Shown: piece by piece, positions 38,380-52,557 of the stretch | Position numbering within the stretch: position 1 is the stretch's first letter | Layout: every line of letters starts with the position of its first letter | Origin: Antedon mediterranea | Lineage: Eukaryota; Animalia; Echinodermata | Direction: 5' to 3' | DNA length: 64,000 nt | Assembly: GCF_964355755.1 (NCBI RefSeq) | Contig: NC_092673.1 | Coordinates: 2,542,001 to 2,606,000, forward strand | The notes under the pieces: model-generated | Databases searched by the model: none | The model's input: only the letters and a program-made list of their open reading frames with translations | What the model was told of the DNA's origin: nothing | Position numbers and translations under genes: made by a program

Positions 38380-38896
38380 CATAATTCAACAGCATTGTTG
38401 ACTACCCAATGATCCATCAACTTTTATGATTGTATTGGTCTTTGTAAGTTTATTAAAATACGTGCAAGTATAGTACCTTATTTAATCCTGTAAAGAATCT
38501 ATAGCAACTAGAAGTAAACAAACCATTAAAAAAAAAGATTTTTAGATTTTCCTTGAATCACAAACTGGGTCAGAATATTTATAAACCTAGTCTATTTATA
38601 AGAATTGATCATAAAAGCCTATTAAAATGTTGACCAACAATACAACCATTAAATGCTTAAAAAGGCAAGGTATGTCTGCAAATAAATACTATTTCCCTAA
38701 ACTCTAAATACAATATTAATATGAAGGCATTTTAGCTCAGATTGGTTCAATTTGAAAACAATCTTTCAGATGAAAACAATAATTTGGCAATACATTTTTT
38801 ATGTAATACATTGAAGCAATATTAATTTAGATGTTTCTAAGAAATTGTTATGAGAGCAAAACATCTCAGAAGATAAGTTAAAGGACTACTTGAAAC

Positions 38897-39137
38897 GAAG
38901 TCAACGACCAGGTTATCGGCCTCTCTTGATACCTCTCAGCTGTCCAAGAACCTCCCTACATCTGGAAAGAGAAGACTAAGCAATGCTCAAAGGATTCATA
39001 CGCTAGGCTCTTCACAACAGAAGTCAATGACCAGATTACCAGCCTCTCATGATACTTTTCAGCTGTCTATGAACCTTTGTACATCTGGAAAGCGAAGACT
39101 AAAGATTGCTCTAAGGATACCAATCTGCTAGGCTCTT
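38897..39137. repeat. Diverged ~123-bp tandem duplication
   Basis: gaagtcaa(c/t)gaccag...tacatctggaaag...gctaggctctt starts at 38897 and 39020. Confidence 0.85.
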
Positions 39138-39709
39138 TGTGCCAGAGGGAGTGCAGAAATAACAGCTTGATGTTTGCCAGCGCAGGAGTCTATCCTTAGA
39201 GGGTATCAGGAGTAAACATGTACGTCAAGGCCAATACATTAGAAAATATTTGATGTTTATCCTCATGTCAAGTTTATGCTGATGTCGATCTCAAAACAAA
39301 CCAAAACTGGGCCGGTGTTGGCCCACTGGCCTAAAGTTAATTACACTTGCTGAACTCAAATGATGAACTGATCGCAAAAGTATTGTTATCACACCAGCAT
39401 AGAAACACAAACAAGGTTGTTATCAAGCTAGTTTCTGGGTTGCACACATTCAGAATACAGTCCATAGGATGCCTCGATATTTTGTTTGCACAGAATTTAA
39501 GCTTTCAGACATAACATAACATTAATATCAACAATTTTAAAATTCAATTCTAATAACCAATATTTTGTTTGCATAGAATTTAAGCTTTCAGAAATAACAT
39601 TAAATATCAATAATTTTAAAATTAAAATTTCATAACCAATAATTTACCACTCATTAATATGACATTTAAAAAAAAAATGGAATTTAGAATTTATTTTTCT
39701 TGTTCTGAA

Positions 39710-39819
39710 CTTGACATTACAAACTGGTTGTACCAATTTTAGCAGAAAACTTGTCTTGCTATTTAAATAAAAAAGAAAAGTTTTCTGCTAAAATAGGTAC
39801 AACCAGTTTGTAAGTCAAG
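39710..39819. repeat. Near-perfect ~42-bp inverted repeat with ~25-nt loop
   Basis: cttgacattacaaactggttgtaccaattttagcagaaaactt pairs with aagttttctgctaaaataggtacaaccagtttgtaagtcaag. Confidence 0.92.
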
Positions 39820-40092
39820 ATATATCAACTGATCTATTGCCTCAGGAATCAGTATTTAATATCAATGGCAACCAGACATTAAACCCTTAGGATTGCAACC
39901 CATAATGATTGAAAATAAGGAATACATATGGAAGCTGGGAATGTTAATGATCTAAAATGAGGCTGATCTGTAGGTCAAACCATCTGACCCCACCCTCAGC
40001 TAGATGTCATTTTAGTTCAAATACCACAAAAGTACAGAAGACACTAATCATTCCTCTGGTAGTTACTTATCTAAACATCTAGTAGTATACTT

Positions 40093-40171
40093 ATGATGTC
40101 ATATCACTACCATATTTAAGCTTATCACTACCATATTGGGGCACATCACACTTTTTTTTGTCAAACTAGAT
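40093..40171. mobile_element. Partial MITE family A copy
   Basis: atatcactaccatatt x2, gcacatcacac, ttgatagtgtagacaga. Confidence 0.8.
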
Positions 40172-40706
40172 TGATAGTGTAGACAGAACTTAAGCATTAT
40201 TCATACTTGAAATAATGCATTTAAAATAGAACAGTTAATAATTAAATTAATTTATAAACCCATTTTCAACATTTTTATCAGATGGTATTTGCTAAAGATA
40301 CTACATTACCCAGATGGTATATACCCACTTATTTGCTATAGATCAGTATGTACTAACCTGGAAAGATAACACAATTTATCTGATTTTGCATTTAAAAAAC
40401 ATTTGACCACAAAAGATGAAGTACATAAACAATTCATACAAAAAACATCCAAACAACATTTGACCACAAAAGACTTGTGTATAAACAGTTTATACATTAA
40501 AAAAACACATCAAAACAACAGTTTATTGAAAGACTGTTCTTGGAATTGTTAATGCACTATAATCTAACTGAAAGCATTCGCATTTGGATGAGAAATTCTC
40601 AAACTCTGTGCTTTACAAAACACTATATTTCATGTTATGTATAGTTTATTTGTATTTTTCTTGGATATGGTTTTATCTTAACTGTTTGTATTGTATGGAG
40701 TGAGTG

Positions 40707-41655
40707 TAGTCTGGGCTCCAGACGGAGTTTTGTCTTAATATTAGTAAAAATATAAATATTTTTGCACATATGGCGTTTCATACGTGTATTACTTGAGTTG
40801 GATACTCCGTCTGGGGAAACACGCATAAGTCACGTGGTTTGACACCAAGAATTCTTGGTGCATAAATTATCCAGTTGACTAGTTTCAGCCGCATGCCATT
40901 GGCTACTCACTCGCAGGCAGTTTTAATATTCATATTTCAGAATTTCAAAGACTCAACATCTAAGATGATACGCATGCGCTATGCTACGTTTAGACAACGT
41001 GTACTTGGGTACATTGAGTTTCTGAAGGCTATAAATGATTTTATATGCCTAGTAGTCTGGTAAACATTTGATGGGATTTTTCCCAAGAACATGAAAACTC
41101 GTCTTGATATGATAGGCATAGCTTCTCCGCGAAATCAAACATTGAATGGATCATATTATGCGGAGATAATTTGATTTTATAATTCCCACCCAAACCCTGT
41201 CCTGTTCTGTATTTGTGGTGGTGTAGCCCTATTGTGTGCCGGTCGGTGGTGGTATGTACCTTATTTATTGGCAGGTCATACGTACGAGTTGAGTAGCCCT
41301 ACGAAGGAGGCCTAGGCCAGGACTGAACAATTAATAAACAAAACAACTTGGCAACACGATTTTATATTTCATCAACAGTTGTTCAGTCTCGATCGTACAT
41401 TCAGCACTGTACGTACTCGATCTTTTTCATTTTGAAACAAAATGATCATTGGTTGATTCGAAATCCATATTTACATACCGCCCGCCCCATATAGCCAAAT
41501 ACGGTATGATAACCTACGTCATTCTTATCGGATGTTTGCGGTCTGCAAATCGATTTCTATACGTGTTTCACAAGTCTGTATTTTCAGACAAAAATCGCGG
41601 TCGAAATAAAAACAAATAAATAAAAGACAATAAATACAGACTTGGGGCAAGTCTA
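40707..41655. mobile_element. Non-autonomous Academ(H)-like DNA element with 10-bp TSD
   Basis: Termini TAGTCT..AGTCTA; TSD ggagtgagtg at 40697-40706 and 41656-41665; the uninterrupted site ttgtatggagtgagtgcagaa survives in adjacent tandem units. Confidence 0.72.
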
Positions 41656-41826
41656 GGAGTGAGTGCAGAATCTGTTTGGGCTTTAGCCTATTCTCATTCC
41701 TGGTTATGTTGTATGGAGTGAGTGCAGAATCTGTTTGGGCTTTAGCCTATTTTCATTCCTGGTTATGTTGTATGGAGTGAGTGCAGAATCTGTTTGGGCT
41801 TTAGCCTATTCTCATTCCTGGTTATT
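41656..41826. repeat. 59-bp tandem repeat, ~3 copies
   Basis: ggagtgagtgcagaatctgtttgggctttagcctatt(c/t)tcattcctggttat at 41656, 41715 and 41774. Confidence 0.95.
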
Positions 41827-44800
41827 TTTTAGTTTTTGAATAAATAAATATTATTATTATTATTATTATTATTGTTATTGTTTGTAAAATTAAATGATAG
41901 ATTAGTTTTGGGATTTAAAATTTGAAGGTTACAATTTAAGCATGATATATACAATATTATACGATGATATTTCTTTGTAACAACACAATAAAAATGTTTT
42001 TAATATACACACTCTCTTGAATTGTATGACAAGGTGTCCTGTTTCGTACTCAATAACATAAGAACAAAAAGCGTTCGATCTTTACGACCAGATCAATACC
42101 AAAATAAAATAATATTTAATTATATTCTAATTTTAATTAATAGTAACAATTACTATAGAGGCCGGTGAACTTGTGTCCTAAGCAATTAATTCGGTCCCAA
42201 TTGTAGTGACTTCCTATAATGATCCTTAATTAAATTGGTTAATGGGATCAGTTTCTCAGCTTGGTAAACAAACGTGAAAACCTAAACCGGGACAAAACGC
42301 ATTTGTCAATACATTTTAAATAACATGCGACAAGGCCAGAAGGGAATATTATTAATCCAACAAAGTGGTTTAATGTTCTGCAATGTGGTTTTGTAAATAA
42401 AACTATTAAAAAAAGAAACAAGGAAAAGGTGGTATTTTTTATACAAGATGAAAATTTATAAATGTTACCGAAATTATCAAATTATTTTCATTTTTGGTTT
42501 TACATTTTATTTTTACTTTGTTTATTACATTATTATTGTAATAATATTTTTAATTGTCTTTTTATAATAATATTTTCAAAAGTTTGTCGGCATATTTTAC
42601 AGTGCCAAGATAGAAACCAGGACAAGGTCATCCCCTTATAATTAAGCCAGTGGCGTACACACAGAGACTAATCAGGCCTATCATTAGAAGCAGTCATGTA
42701 TTATTTCACATATTAGGCCAACATAAACATTGCATTTACTACTATAATAATCATGTCAAATCAGAACCTACTGTTACAAGGTCAGTGGTACCGTAGTAGT
42801 AGTATTATAGAAAGCATGCGTATTAAACACGGGTGGTAAGACAAGTATAAAACACATATTGCGTCTTAGAACACAAAAATAGATGCTTTATGGAATGGAA
42901 ACTTGCATGTAATTCATCTGAAGAGTGTGACCAGTTTTGCTTGCCATAGGAAACATGCTTGTAGTGAATAAATATAAAGTCATCTTGATAGTTCATCTTT
43001 GTGTCGTTTTATTTTATACATAAGGTATAACAATAATCTTTTATTTCAGCATTAAAACACCATAGAAATACAAAATATACAAAAGAAAACAAAAGCATTA
43101 GTAAAATTCATATCATATTGAATTAAGAAGAAACCAACATAGCAAGACCACTTCTAGGTTGGGAATTCCTATTTTGGACGACCTGGCCATAATTTTACAA
43201 CCTATATTGCCATTCATTCGTGTTACAGGGGGAAGTGTCCCCTTAAAAATACGAGTGTCCCAAAGGAAGGGTTTACACTACTCTTCCAGGTCAGCAGAAA
43301 GTAAAAAGAAATCAGGGTTTGGTACAAGTAGAAACATACGCTCTAGTAGAGAGAGAGAGCAATTAACTATTGATATGATGTCAGATAAGATATTATCTGG
43401 CTTTGCGGAACGACTATTCATGTACGATAAACAAGAGTGTAATCACTTTTAATTGAACGGGTTTCATGAGCGTTTGCACGCAAGTGAATATGGGCTATTT
43501 GAGATTGTCGTCAAGCATATAGGCAGATGCACAGATTAAAGTCCATCCAGCCTTGAATTCATTAAAATAAACAATATAAAAAAATTGACATGCATGCATA
43601 ATATGAAGATTGCAGTATATAGAGCGTAATAATAAATTCAAATAGGGAACGAGATTAAATTTTATTAAAAATTAATTGCAAAAGAAACAACAAATTAGAG
43701 AGGTTATCAATCATACACATTTTAATACAGTAAATATAATTTAAAACAAGATTGGATTTTTTATAGGTGCAGTTATGTGGAGAAAAAATGGCCGGGGCAC
43801 CTAGTACCGTAATAATATATCTGTTGTCCTTTTGCAACTTAATAACATAACTCATTTGTCAGAGGTCTATGTAATCCCACATGTTTTTAAATAGTGGCTA
43901 GTAAAGTAACTAATAACATTAATAACATTAATGAACATTTCGATAAATCTTAATCCGTTCTTCTTACGTTGGTCTACGGGAATTAGTTTAGTAATCATCT
44001 TTACTTACTATCAATACATGCGTATGCTAATTAATGAAGATAGCTTAGAGATAAGAGAGGGATTAGAGTGTATGAAAGACGCCTCGGGCATGTTAGGTAT
44101 CTAGTCGCCATGATGATTGATCTTAATCACAATAAGTGTGTCCAGCAACAGTGATACAATCAAATGTTATGTATAAATTATTTTCTTAAAAGAGATTTTT
44201 TTTTTAAAGTATGATCAGGAATTTTATTTCTATCGACAAACAACAATTAATACTGTATTGTAATAACAGTAATAATAATAATAATGACCTTTGATAATAC
44301 AGGTATGCTTCGCAATGCTAAAGAATGACTTTTTGACTTGAAAGCTACGTAGCTTATTAATGCTGTATTATGTAAAAAAAATATCACTATTTGGAGCTGG
44401 ATGGTAGACAGGAAGAAGAAATTTAGAATTACGATTACAAACTTTATTGATTGTTATGCTTTTCTTACACAACGTCACCAGTACAGATATAGTTGTATAA
44501 TGGACTAGTCAGTCATCAGTAATGCGTCGTCAAAGTACATTATTGCACATACACAACACATGTACAGATAATTAAATGATAAATGAAGTGTATGATTATA
44601 CAATGGACATTTTATACAAACACTATTAATACATTCTATTATTTAATGTCATTCTTGACATTTAAAGTTTATATGAGATTTAAAAAAATGAAGACTACAG
44701 TACCCTGGATAAGAACAAAAGTTCAGACAGTTATGTAACATTAATGTTTCATAGCACAATATAATGTGGTATTTCTATACAAGTTAATGTAGTGGTGGTT

Positions 44801-46669
44801 TAGTGTGTGATTTTTCACAGCATTGGTTCAAATCTTTAATATGCATCATTTTTGGCCATTTTATCGGACCTTTTTCAATCATAAATATTCATGATTGACA
44901 CTCTTAAATCATGAAAAATAGTATGGTCTGCAATTCCAACTTGTATTTATTTTTACAAATACTTTGTACAATATTTTGTAATTTATTATCAAAATGTTTA
45001 AAAGGACAAACATATAATAAAGAACAAGGATATTTAATAAAACTAGTTTTTGTTTAAAGTTTCCAGGGTAAGAAAATAACATTTAAACTTATAAACATGA
45101 ATATCTATGTACAGTAGGTCTAGAAAATATGATAAGCACAAGAGCTTTTAGACAGAATCTCTTCTGTTGATAACAATCTGTAGAAGCCATTATAAAGATA
45201 TGCTATAATACTAGAGGAGAGATAAGGAAAGTGCAAGTTGACAAAATTAACATATGGCAATGCTTACAAACATTTACAAATTACTATTTTCTAAGTGAAA
45301 GGTTTTTGTTTGGAGACTGGATTGGAGTATTGTGCACACTGTTTGGATGTTCGTCTATTCAGACTCCTGTGGTTTATAGGATTATCAATAATAACAAAAT
45401 ATATATTAATAGTTATATAAACAATGGAATAGAACTAAAAAGTGTGGATTGTGTTCAGTTATTGGCTCCGTCAGATAACATACTATAGACGTATAAGAAC
45501 AGGAGTAGAGTATATTTTGTAGCAAAATACTAGTTCTGTATTTAGAGTTAAAGGACAATATAAAGTAGGCATTGTGTCTGTGAATTAAAAAAAAAAATTA
45601 TGAAAGAGCATCTGCATCTGTTTTATGTTCAAAGAAATTGTTTAAAAGTCAGAGTGGAAAAAGAAAAATAAATAGATTTTCTATGAACTTGTAACACAGT
45701 GCACAGGTCTCTAGCATACAAAGGTTCGAATTTAATGTTCTTCAGAAATGTACAGATGTGATGGGAACTGACAGTACATCTCTATTGTGTTTCGTATCAA
45801 GATAGCAACGCTGTTTACAATTACATGTTCGTAGAGAATGTGATATATTTGCTATTGGCAATCCTTGGCCCATATGCTTCAATATATAAATCAAATCAAA
45901 TTTATCTACGGTAATCTAAATGAGTTGTTGTTGCTTAACTTCAACAAAACTACCTTGTCATCGTAAAAATGCGTTTTGAGAGTTCAAATTGGATCGTTCG
46001 CATTTGTCCTCAAAGTAGAATTCTGGACTATTCCCAAGAATTCATTCATGAATTTGTAATGAGATATTTTCAACTGTATTAATTTTAAATCTTAACTGAA
46101 AAACGATGATACTTCATGTGTCTGTTAATAATCTGTCTAAAAAAATGTTTTGCAATAGCTGTAAGTTTTTTATTGTACAGTAGTAAAGATTTATCAAACC
46201 GAATAGTAGAGCAACGAACAATGGATAGTTATACAATGAAAATCGATTTTCCAACCGACAGTCACAAAATCCACTTGGTGATATCATCTTTAACGAGCTT
46301 GTCATCTAATATACAGTAGTATAATAATAGCGATCCAGTATTATAGTACTCAAGTTGCAATGTATTGTCACAAGAGCACTATGTGCAGGCTTCATAAAAC
46401 CGTGTTGAACAATACCACTTGTACCCCCCACCAACAATATTTAGCCTTTAGGGCAATATGATTATGGAAATTTACAGTAATATGTTGCTAAAAATGGTCA
46501 CATTCTTATAATCTATGGGTTAGTTTGAAATATTCCAAAAACGGGTTCAAAAGGTGAAAATAGGTTTATGCTGCTTCTCCCCGATTTTATTATTAATACT
46601 TCCTTTAATAATATAGAGTTAGGGAACAGGTAATAATAGGGACTAAGAATTGAGAGCAAAGGTGGGGTT

Positions 46670-46735
46670 ACTTTTCATTGGTCAAATTACATTGTCCCTC
46701 ATGCCTTTTGTTGCGTCCTAGTGGGAACACAGATT
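46670..46735. mobile_element. Fragment of MITE family B
   Basis: cattggtcaaatt ... gttgcgtcctagtgggaac. Confidence 0.6.
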
Positions 46736-49700
46736 AATAGTTATACTAGATATTACTGCATTTTTTCTTCACAAAGTAAATAAATCAAGCACATTGGGAA
46801 TCAGACAAAATAAATAGGTATTGGCAAGTATTTCAGCAAAGCTTTCACGATATTAAGGACATGCAATAACAAAACAGACACTTTTTTCTTAAAACTAAAG
46901 CTAGTACGGTTATTTCAATTTGTATGCGTCGTCGCATTCAACATTTGTTATTATAACAAAGAAAACTTGAAGGATATTAAAACGATGATTGAATTTTGTA
47001 AACTATCATAAGACATTTGCATCATTAGATGATGGATATCGTAATCCTTTCCATGTCTTTTCCTCATTTATTTCTAATAAAACATTAATTTCTATGCATC
47101 TATGATGAGGTGTAAAATGTATCTAGTTACAGATAGTGTTGTGTAGAATGACAAATCATTTTTTTTCTTCTAAAAATGTCTTGCTGTTTATTTATATTTG
47201 TTTATATATTATATAATACAGAAATATCACAGGCACAGAATAAATTCTAAAACCGCCAAGTAATATACTGAAATTTAATTAATTTGAAACGCTAAAGAGG
47301 AGGAAATCTGTGAGAAAGTTATTTGAGTACCAATGATGATAATGAAAGATATGAAAATGATAATGTCATCACTGATGAGATACTGTATGAAATTGACGAT
47401 GACCACTAATGTAATACATTAATGACTAAAGTATACAACAAAAAGTCAGGACACACTTGATATGATAAAACAACATTACTATCAACAGTGATATTTACAC
47501 ATAAAACTTGATGATGTAATTTAATGGAGATACTGATATGGCACTATATTTAAGTAGGTAATTGCACGAATATCTCATTAAATGCATGCAAGTGTACACG
47601 CAATGCTGACGGCAGCGTACCTGCTAACTTACGTACCCACAGAATCATTGCACAGCTAGATCATCACAGTCCGCTTGCTTATGTTTTAACTATAGTACAA
47701 CTTGTTATCAATTTTTATAGCAATCTTTCAGCTACACTTGATCTCAACAAAATTAAAATTACCATCTTTTTCTTTCAAATTGAGCACTCTCATACTGTGA
47801 TCACTTACTGCTGGAATTGGTGCATTACAAATTCGTATTATTATTGCTAAATCCGGCTCAATAAATAAAATTATAAAAAAAAAAACAGGAAAATTCAGAA
47901 TGTTCCCCAGCCCATGAACTAAAATTTTTAATCTATATTCTAGCAAAAATAATGTTTGCATTGTATATTGTTTACCTTGTTTGAAATTCTAGATCTTTTG
48001 TTTAGTATTAAAAGCTGGTGATTTGATACAATATGGTAAACAATAGTTGTTAATATTATATTCATGTTCAGTAGTAACAGTATTAACTATTATACTGTAC
48101 ATGGTCGCATGACGCCATGATAGATCAACATCATTATAACACCTGTATTTTATGCAAATGATGCATTCAAATCTATTCTAAAGCCTAATAGATTGCTCAT
48201 ACGTATCCACGCATAATTAACAAATCCTTGCATAACCTTTTTTCGTTGCTATAAATCTGTCAAAATAAAAATAAAAATCAGGTACTATGCTACCGAAACG
48301 TTCCCGTAATCTGCTACTAGCGCTGACAGATGCATAAATTGAATGGCTCTTCAAAAATGCTGATGGATCGGCGTTTTAAAGAAACGACAATAACCCCACC
48401 GCTCCCCGCTTGAATTAAATGGCTCAATATTGTCCGTAGCCATTGTTTAAGGGTCAACCACACCAGAGCTGATTGATCAGTCCAGCATTAAGTAGGTATT
48501 CTCTCTCTTTCACTTCGCCGTTCTTTTGCCTGAATGAAGCAATTTTAGCGCTAGTCAATTACCTAAATGGATCGAGTATGACATATTGAAGCAAGTGGAG
48601 TGGAATTAGTGGCTGTAAATGAATGACCATGGTGTTGCATTGATGCAACGGTCAATATCTTAATGAATTGACATACGGTAATTTTAAAAGCAGCTTTGTT
48701 TTTTCATAACGCAATCTGATATTGCGATTATCAAAACAATTTATATAGGATTGTAAATCTATAACATTTTCAATTCCCACCAAGTCATGTGTATACAATT
48801 TCTATTTTTAAATTTAACAAAAATTAAATGTCGCGAATTTTACTTAATTTTAAATCTCATAATTTAGTAATCAACCAGCAATTAACTCGATTTCTAAAAC
48901 AAAATAATACAGAAAAAATTATTTGAACATTCGCCGATATTTTGCACTATTTGGATTTTAACCATTCAACTTATTATTTTATAAGACACATGATTAAAAG
49001 ATCACTAAATCCCAATTTATCAAAGTTTCTATTATATTCAAAAAATATTTTCCCTGTTTATTTGCATTTTAATTTCAAATACTTGTTGTTTTGATTCTAT
49101 TTTGCGATCCTAATGTTATTTGATTTATTCATCTTCTCAAAATTTGAATTTAGATTATTCGACAGTGTTTGTAGCTGATAAAATCAAATTTATTGTGGAT
49201 TGTGAATTAAATTTATGAGATTTTGAAATGACTTGAAGAACCAGGGCATTGAAAGGGACCTCAATTATTGATTAGTGAATAAACAGGGCTCTTGAATGCT
49301 CCTTATACCCCCATAGGAATCAATACACATGCATACAATACAAAGGCAGGCTAGATCAGGCCGGGTCAGCATTATCCCAAGTTGTATGTAAACGTTGTGT
49401 AGGATTTGTATATATTATATATATTATATTATGTAAGGTCAGATGATTTTAACTCTATTGATACTATGTAAATTCAGGAACCATCTCTTCTGCTGTGTAC
49501 ATAAAAAAGAAAGAAACGTTCTCTCAATATTGACTGGAGGACATACTATATCCAGTACCAAAAATGAACCATCAAAACATGCCCTTTAATATTTAAATTA
49601 ACTTTAATCACTGTTAATTTGAATTGCTATAATATGATTAAATTTGTAATATGAAAAGATTATAATTTCTAAATAAATTATATATATATTTAAAAATAAT

Positions 49701-51249
49701 AAAAATTCAATTAATTATTAAAAAATCTATGTTTTTATGAAATTTAAAATACCTGTTTAAAGTGTAAATCACAACTACATATGAATATATTTTTAAAATT
49801 TAGAAAGAAATGGTTTTTAATGGGAAAATTGAATGCAGTACTTCATAATAATATTTCTGCTAGACCTAAGATAAATCAGAATACAGCATATAATATATCT
49901 TAATAGATTTCTTATAATATAAATACTAAATTAAAAACAGATTTTAAGTCTCAAAAACGTGCATAAAAATATGATTTATCTGCTGTGATTTGTCCATACA
50001 TTGAGGTTGAATTGAAATAGTCATCAATCACATTGGATGTTTTACCTGGAAATAAATCAAATGGGGGACATTTGTGGGGTTGAAAAGGGATATACGAAAA
50101 CACATGCATAATTTGTGTAATATTTTGTAATGTCGATTGAACATATAGTATAAAGGGGTTTTAATTTTTTATTATATATTATCATATATTAAATTAATTT
50201 GTGATAATGCATACAATAGCAATTACGCATAGGTATAACAAATGTATGATTTGTCCTTAGCTGAGGTACTGTTGTGGCACTACTTTGGGTATGACTACTG
50301 TTACAGACCAAACACGGATTTGGACCAAGCACTCTAGGATTGGTAAAGTAATAAGATTCAACATTCAATCATTTTTCAACATTATTAAACAAAACATCAT
50401 GAATATTTTAATAGTTGATGATAAAATAAAACATTGAATTACAATTCTGTGAGTATAGGTAATATAATATTGATGAGTCCAAACTAAATGTCACTCAAGA
50501 AGAATTCAAAGTGCAGACCTAGAAACATTTATTGACAAATTTACAGAATTTAAAATGTTCTCACAAAAAGAATTACCAGTTGGTCTTCAATCTATTTAAA
50601 TCTTTGAGTGTTTTTAATCGGATAAATAATAATTGTTTAAATGCCATTGTTTCATTTTAAGTTGTACGGAAGTTCCTCTCCATAACAAATATTAGTTTTT
50701 CAATACAGCTGTAAATTATTAAAACACAATCAATGTATATCATTTTAATATTATGCAGTGTCATCAACACTTGAAACATATACATCAAGTGGAATTGCAG
50801 AAATATGAAACCTTCCATAAATTGAGATGCATTCTTTATCACTAATTATAATTAGCCCGTTCTATGATTAATTTTCATAGGTCAATAGCAGTTATCAAGA
50901 ATTTGTAAATTCGAAAACAGAATTGGAGAATGAGAATACATGCAGAGTTCTTTCCTCAAGAGTAATGATTCTTGTCATCCTATTGTAAAGTTTGCAATGT
51001 GTTATATATTAGCCTAAATCATCCCTTAATTTCCATAATCATTTAATTTTCTCTCCATGTTTTTCCTTATCCAATTTTTTGTACTTCTAATTATCAGTCC
51101 CTGACCATTCATTTATCTCTGTATATTACAATTTACATCATGGTTTGTTGGCCAAATATAATAAATGAAAGAAATAAAAAAAATCTGAAAATCTGGAGAA
51201 CAAGGGATCTATAGAACAATTAAATTATGATGCAATTAAAAGAAACTTA

Positions 51250-51380
51250 AGATCTGTCTACACTATAAAACTAGTTTGACAAAAAATATGCCTAAATATA
51301 GTAGTGATATGGCCAAATATGGTAGTGATAAGACATTTTTATGTCCATATATAGGCACATCACATTTTTTTGTCACATAA
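51250..51380. mobile_element. MITE family A copy (right end eroded)
   Basis: tctgtctacactataaaactag, aaatatggtagtgata, gcacatcacatttttttgtcacataa. Confidence 0.8.
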
Positions 51381-52557
51381 TGATGTAAAATATATTTTAA
51401 ATTATCGTAGTGTAAAGGTTTATCAGTTGAAAATTAGAATAAGGCATGCATTGAGAAGTTAATTTTAGCAAACACTTTCTATAATACAAATACTTTGGAT
51501 GAACTTTTGTTAAGCTGTCGTGCGGGGAAGAAAAGAATTGATATAATATGAATCGGTCACAAGTAAAACGCAATAAATCAAGTCATCTTTCAGGGGATAA
51601 AACTGTCAAGAACGTACAAATCAAAAATCTATGTTGTTCATCACCAACGACGAATCTGATTTCTCGTTGGATGGCTCTTTAGTCAACGTACCTTTGTCAG
51701 GATTTGCCTACATCGTATTACGGGTGATTTAACGTTACCGATACGCGACATTGCAAAGCTTGATTCCTTCGATGTGACCAGAAGTTTTTCTCGTTTCCAG
51801 AAGAGATGATACTTAGTCTAGCGTATCAACTTGCAATCATTGTCATATTTTTCAATTCACTCTTGTCAATCATTTCTATTAATATTAATTTAATTCCATA
51901 TAAAAACAAAATCCAGGGTATTAAATTGACAATATTATTCAAACATTTATTTTTGTAAAATATTGAAAACAAAGTTTCTTTTATAATCTATGGAATGGAA
52001 TTTATAATATATAATATGAATAATTTCATATTAAAAAAAAATTCAGGTATAAAATTAACAAAATTATTCATAAACATTTTTTTGAAAATATTGGAAACAA
52101 AGTTTCTTATAATCTATGGAATGGAATTTATCATATATATGAACATATCTATTATGAATACAAAAAATCCTAAAAGGGGCCCTATAAAGAACTCTAGTCA
52201 TTAGCCAATGAACGTAATCATGCTTACTCATGCGCAAAAAAACAATAACAAGCAAATTCAGTCAAACGGTTACCGACACGGCGCAAAGTGATGATTTTAT
52301 CACGTCCCAAAATGAACCTGCGATGAGGACACAGAACTGATTGTTGCCGGTTTATTTTCCTTGATCAAAAATTGGTCAAGCGATATGGTCAACCAATCTA
52401 TAAAAATACCAGCTATAACAATGACCGCTACACACTCTAATCTGGAAACATGACAGATGCTACAACAAGTATAGTGCAACACAAATATTAAATTGGTAAT
52501 GTTATAATACAAATAATAACTTATCATATAACATAACAAATTGATATTTTATATTTT

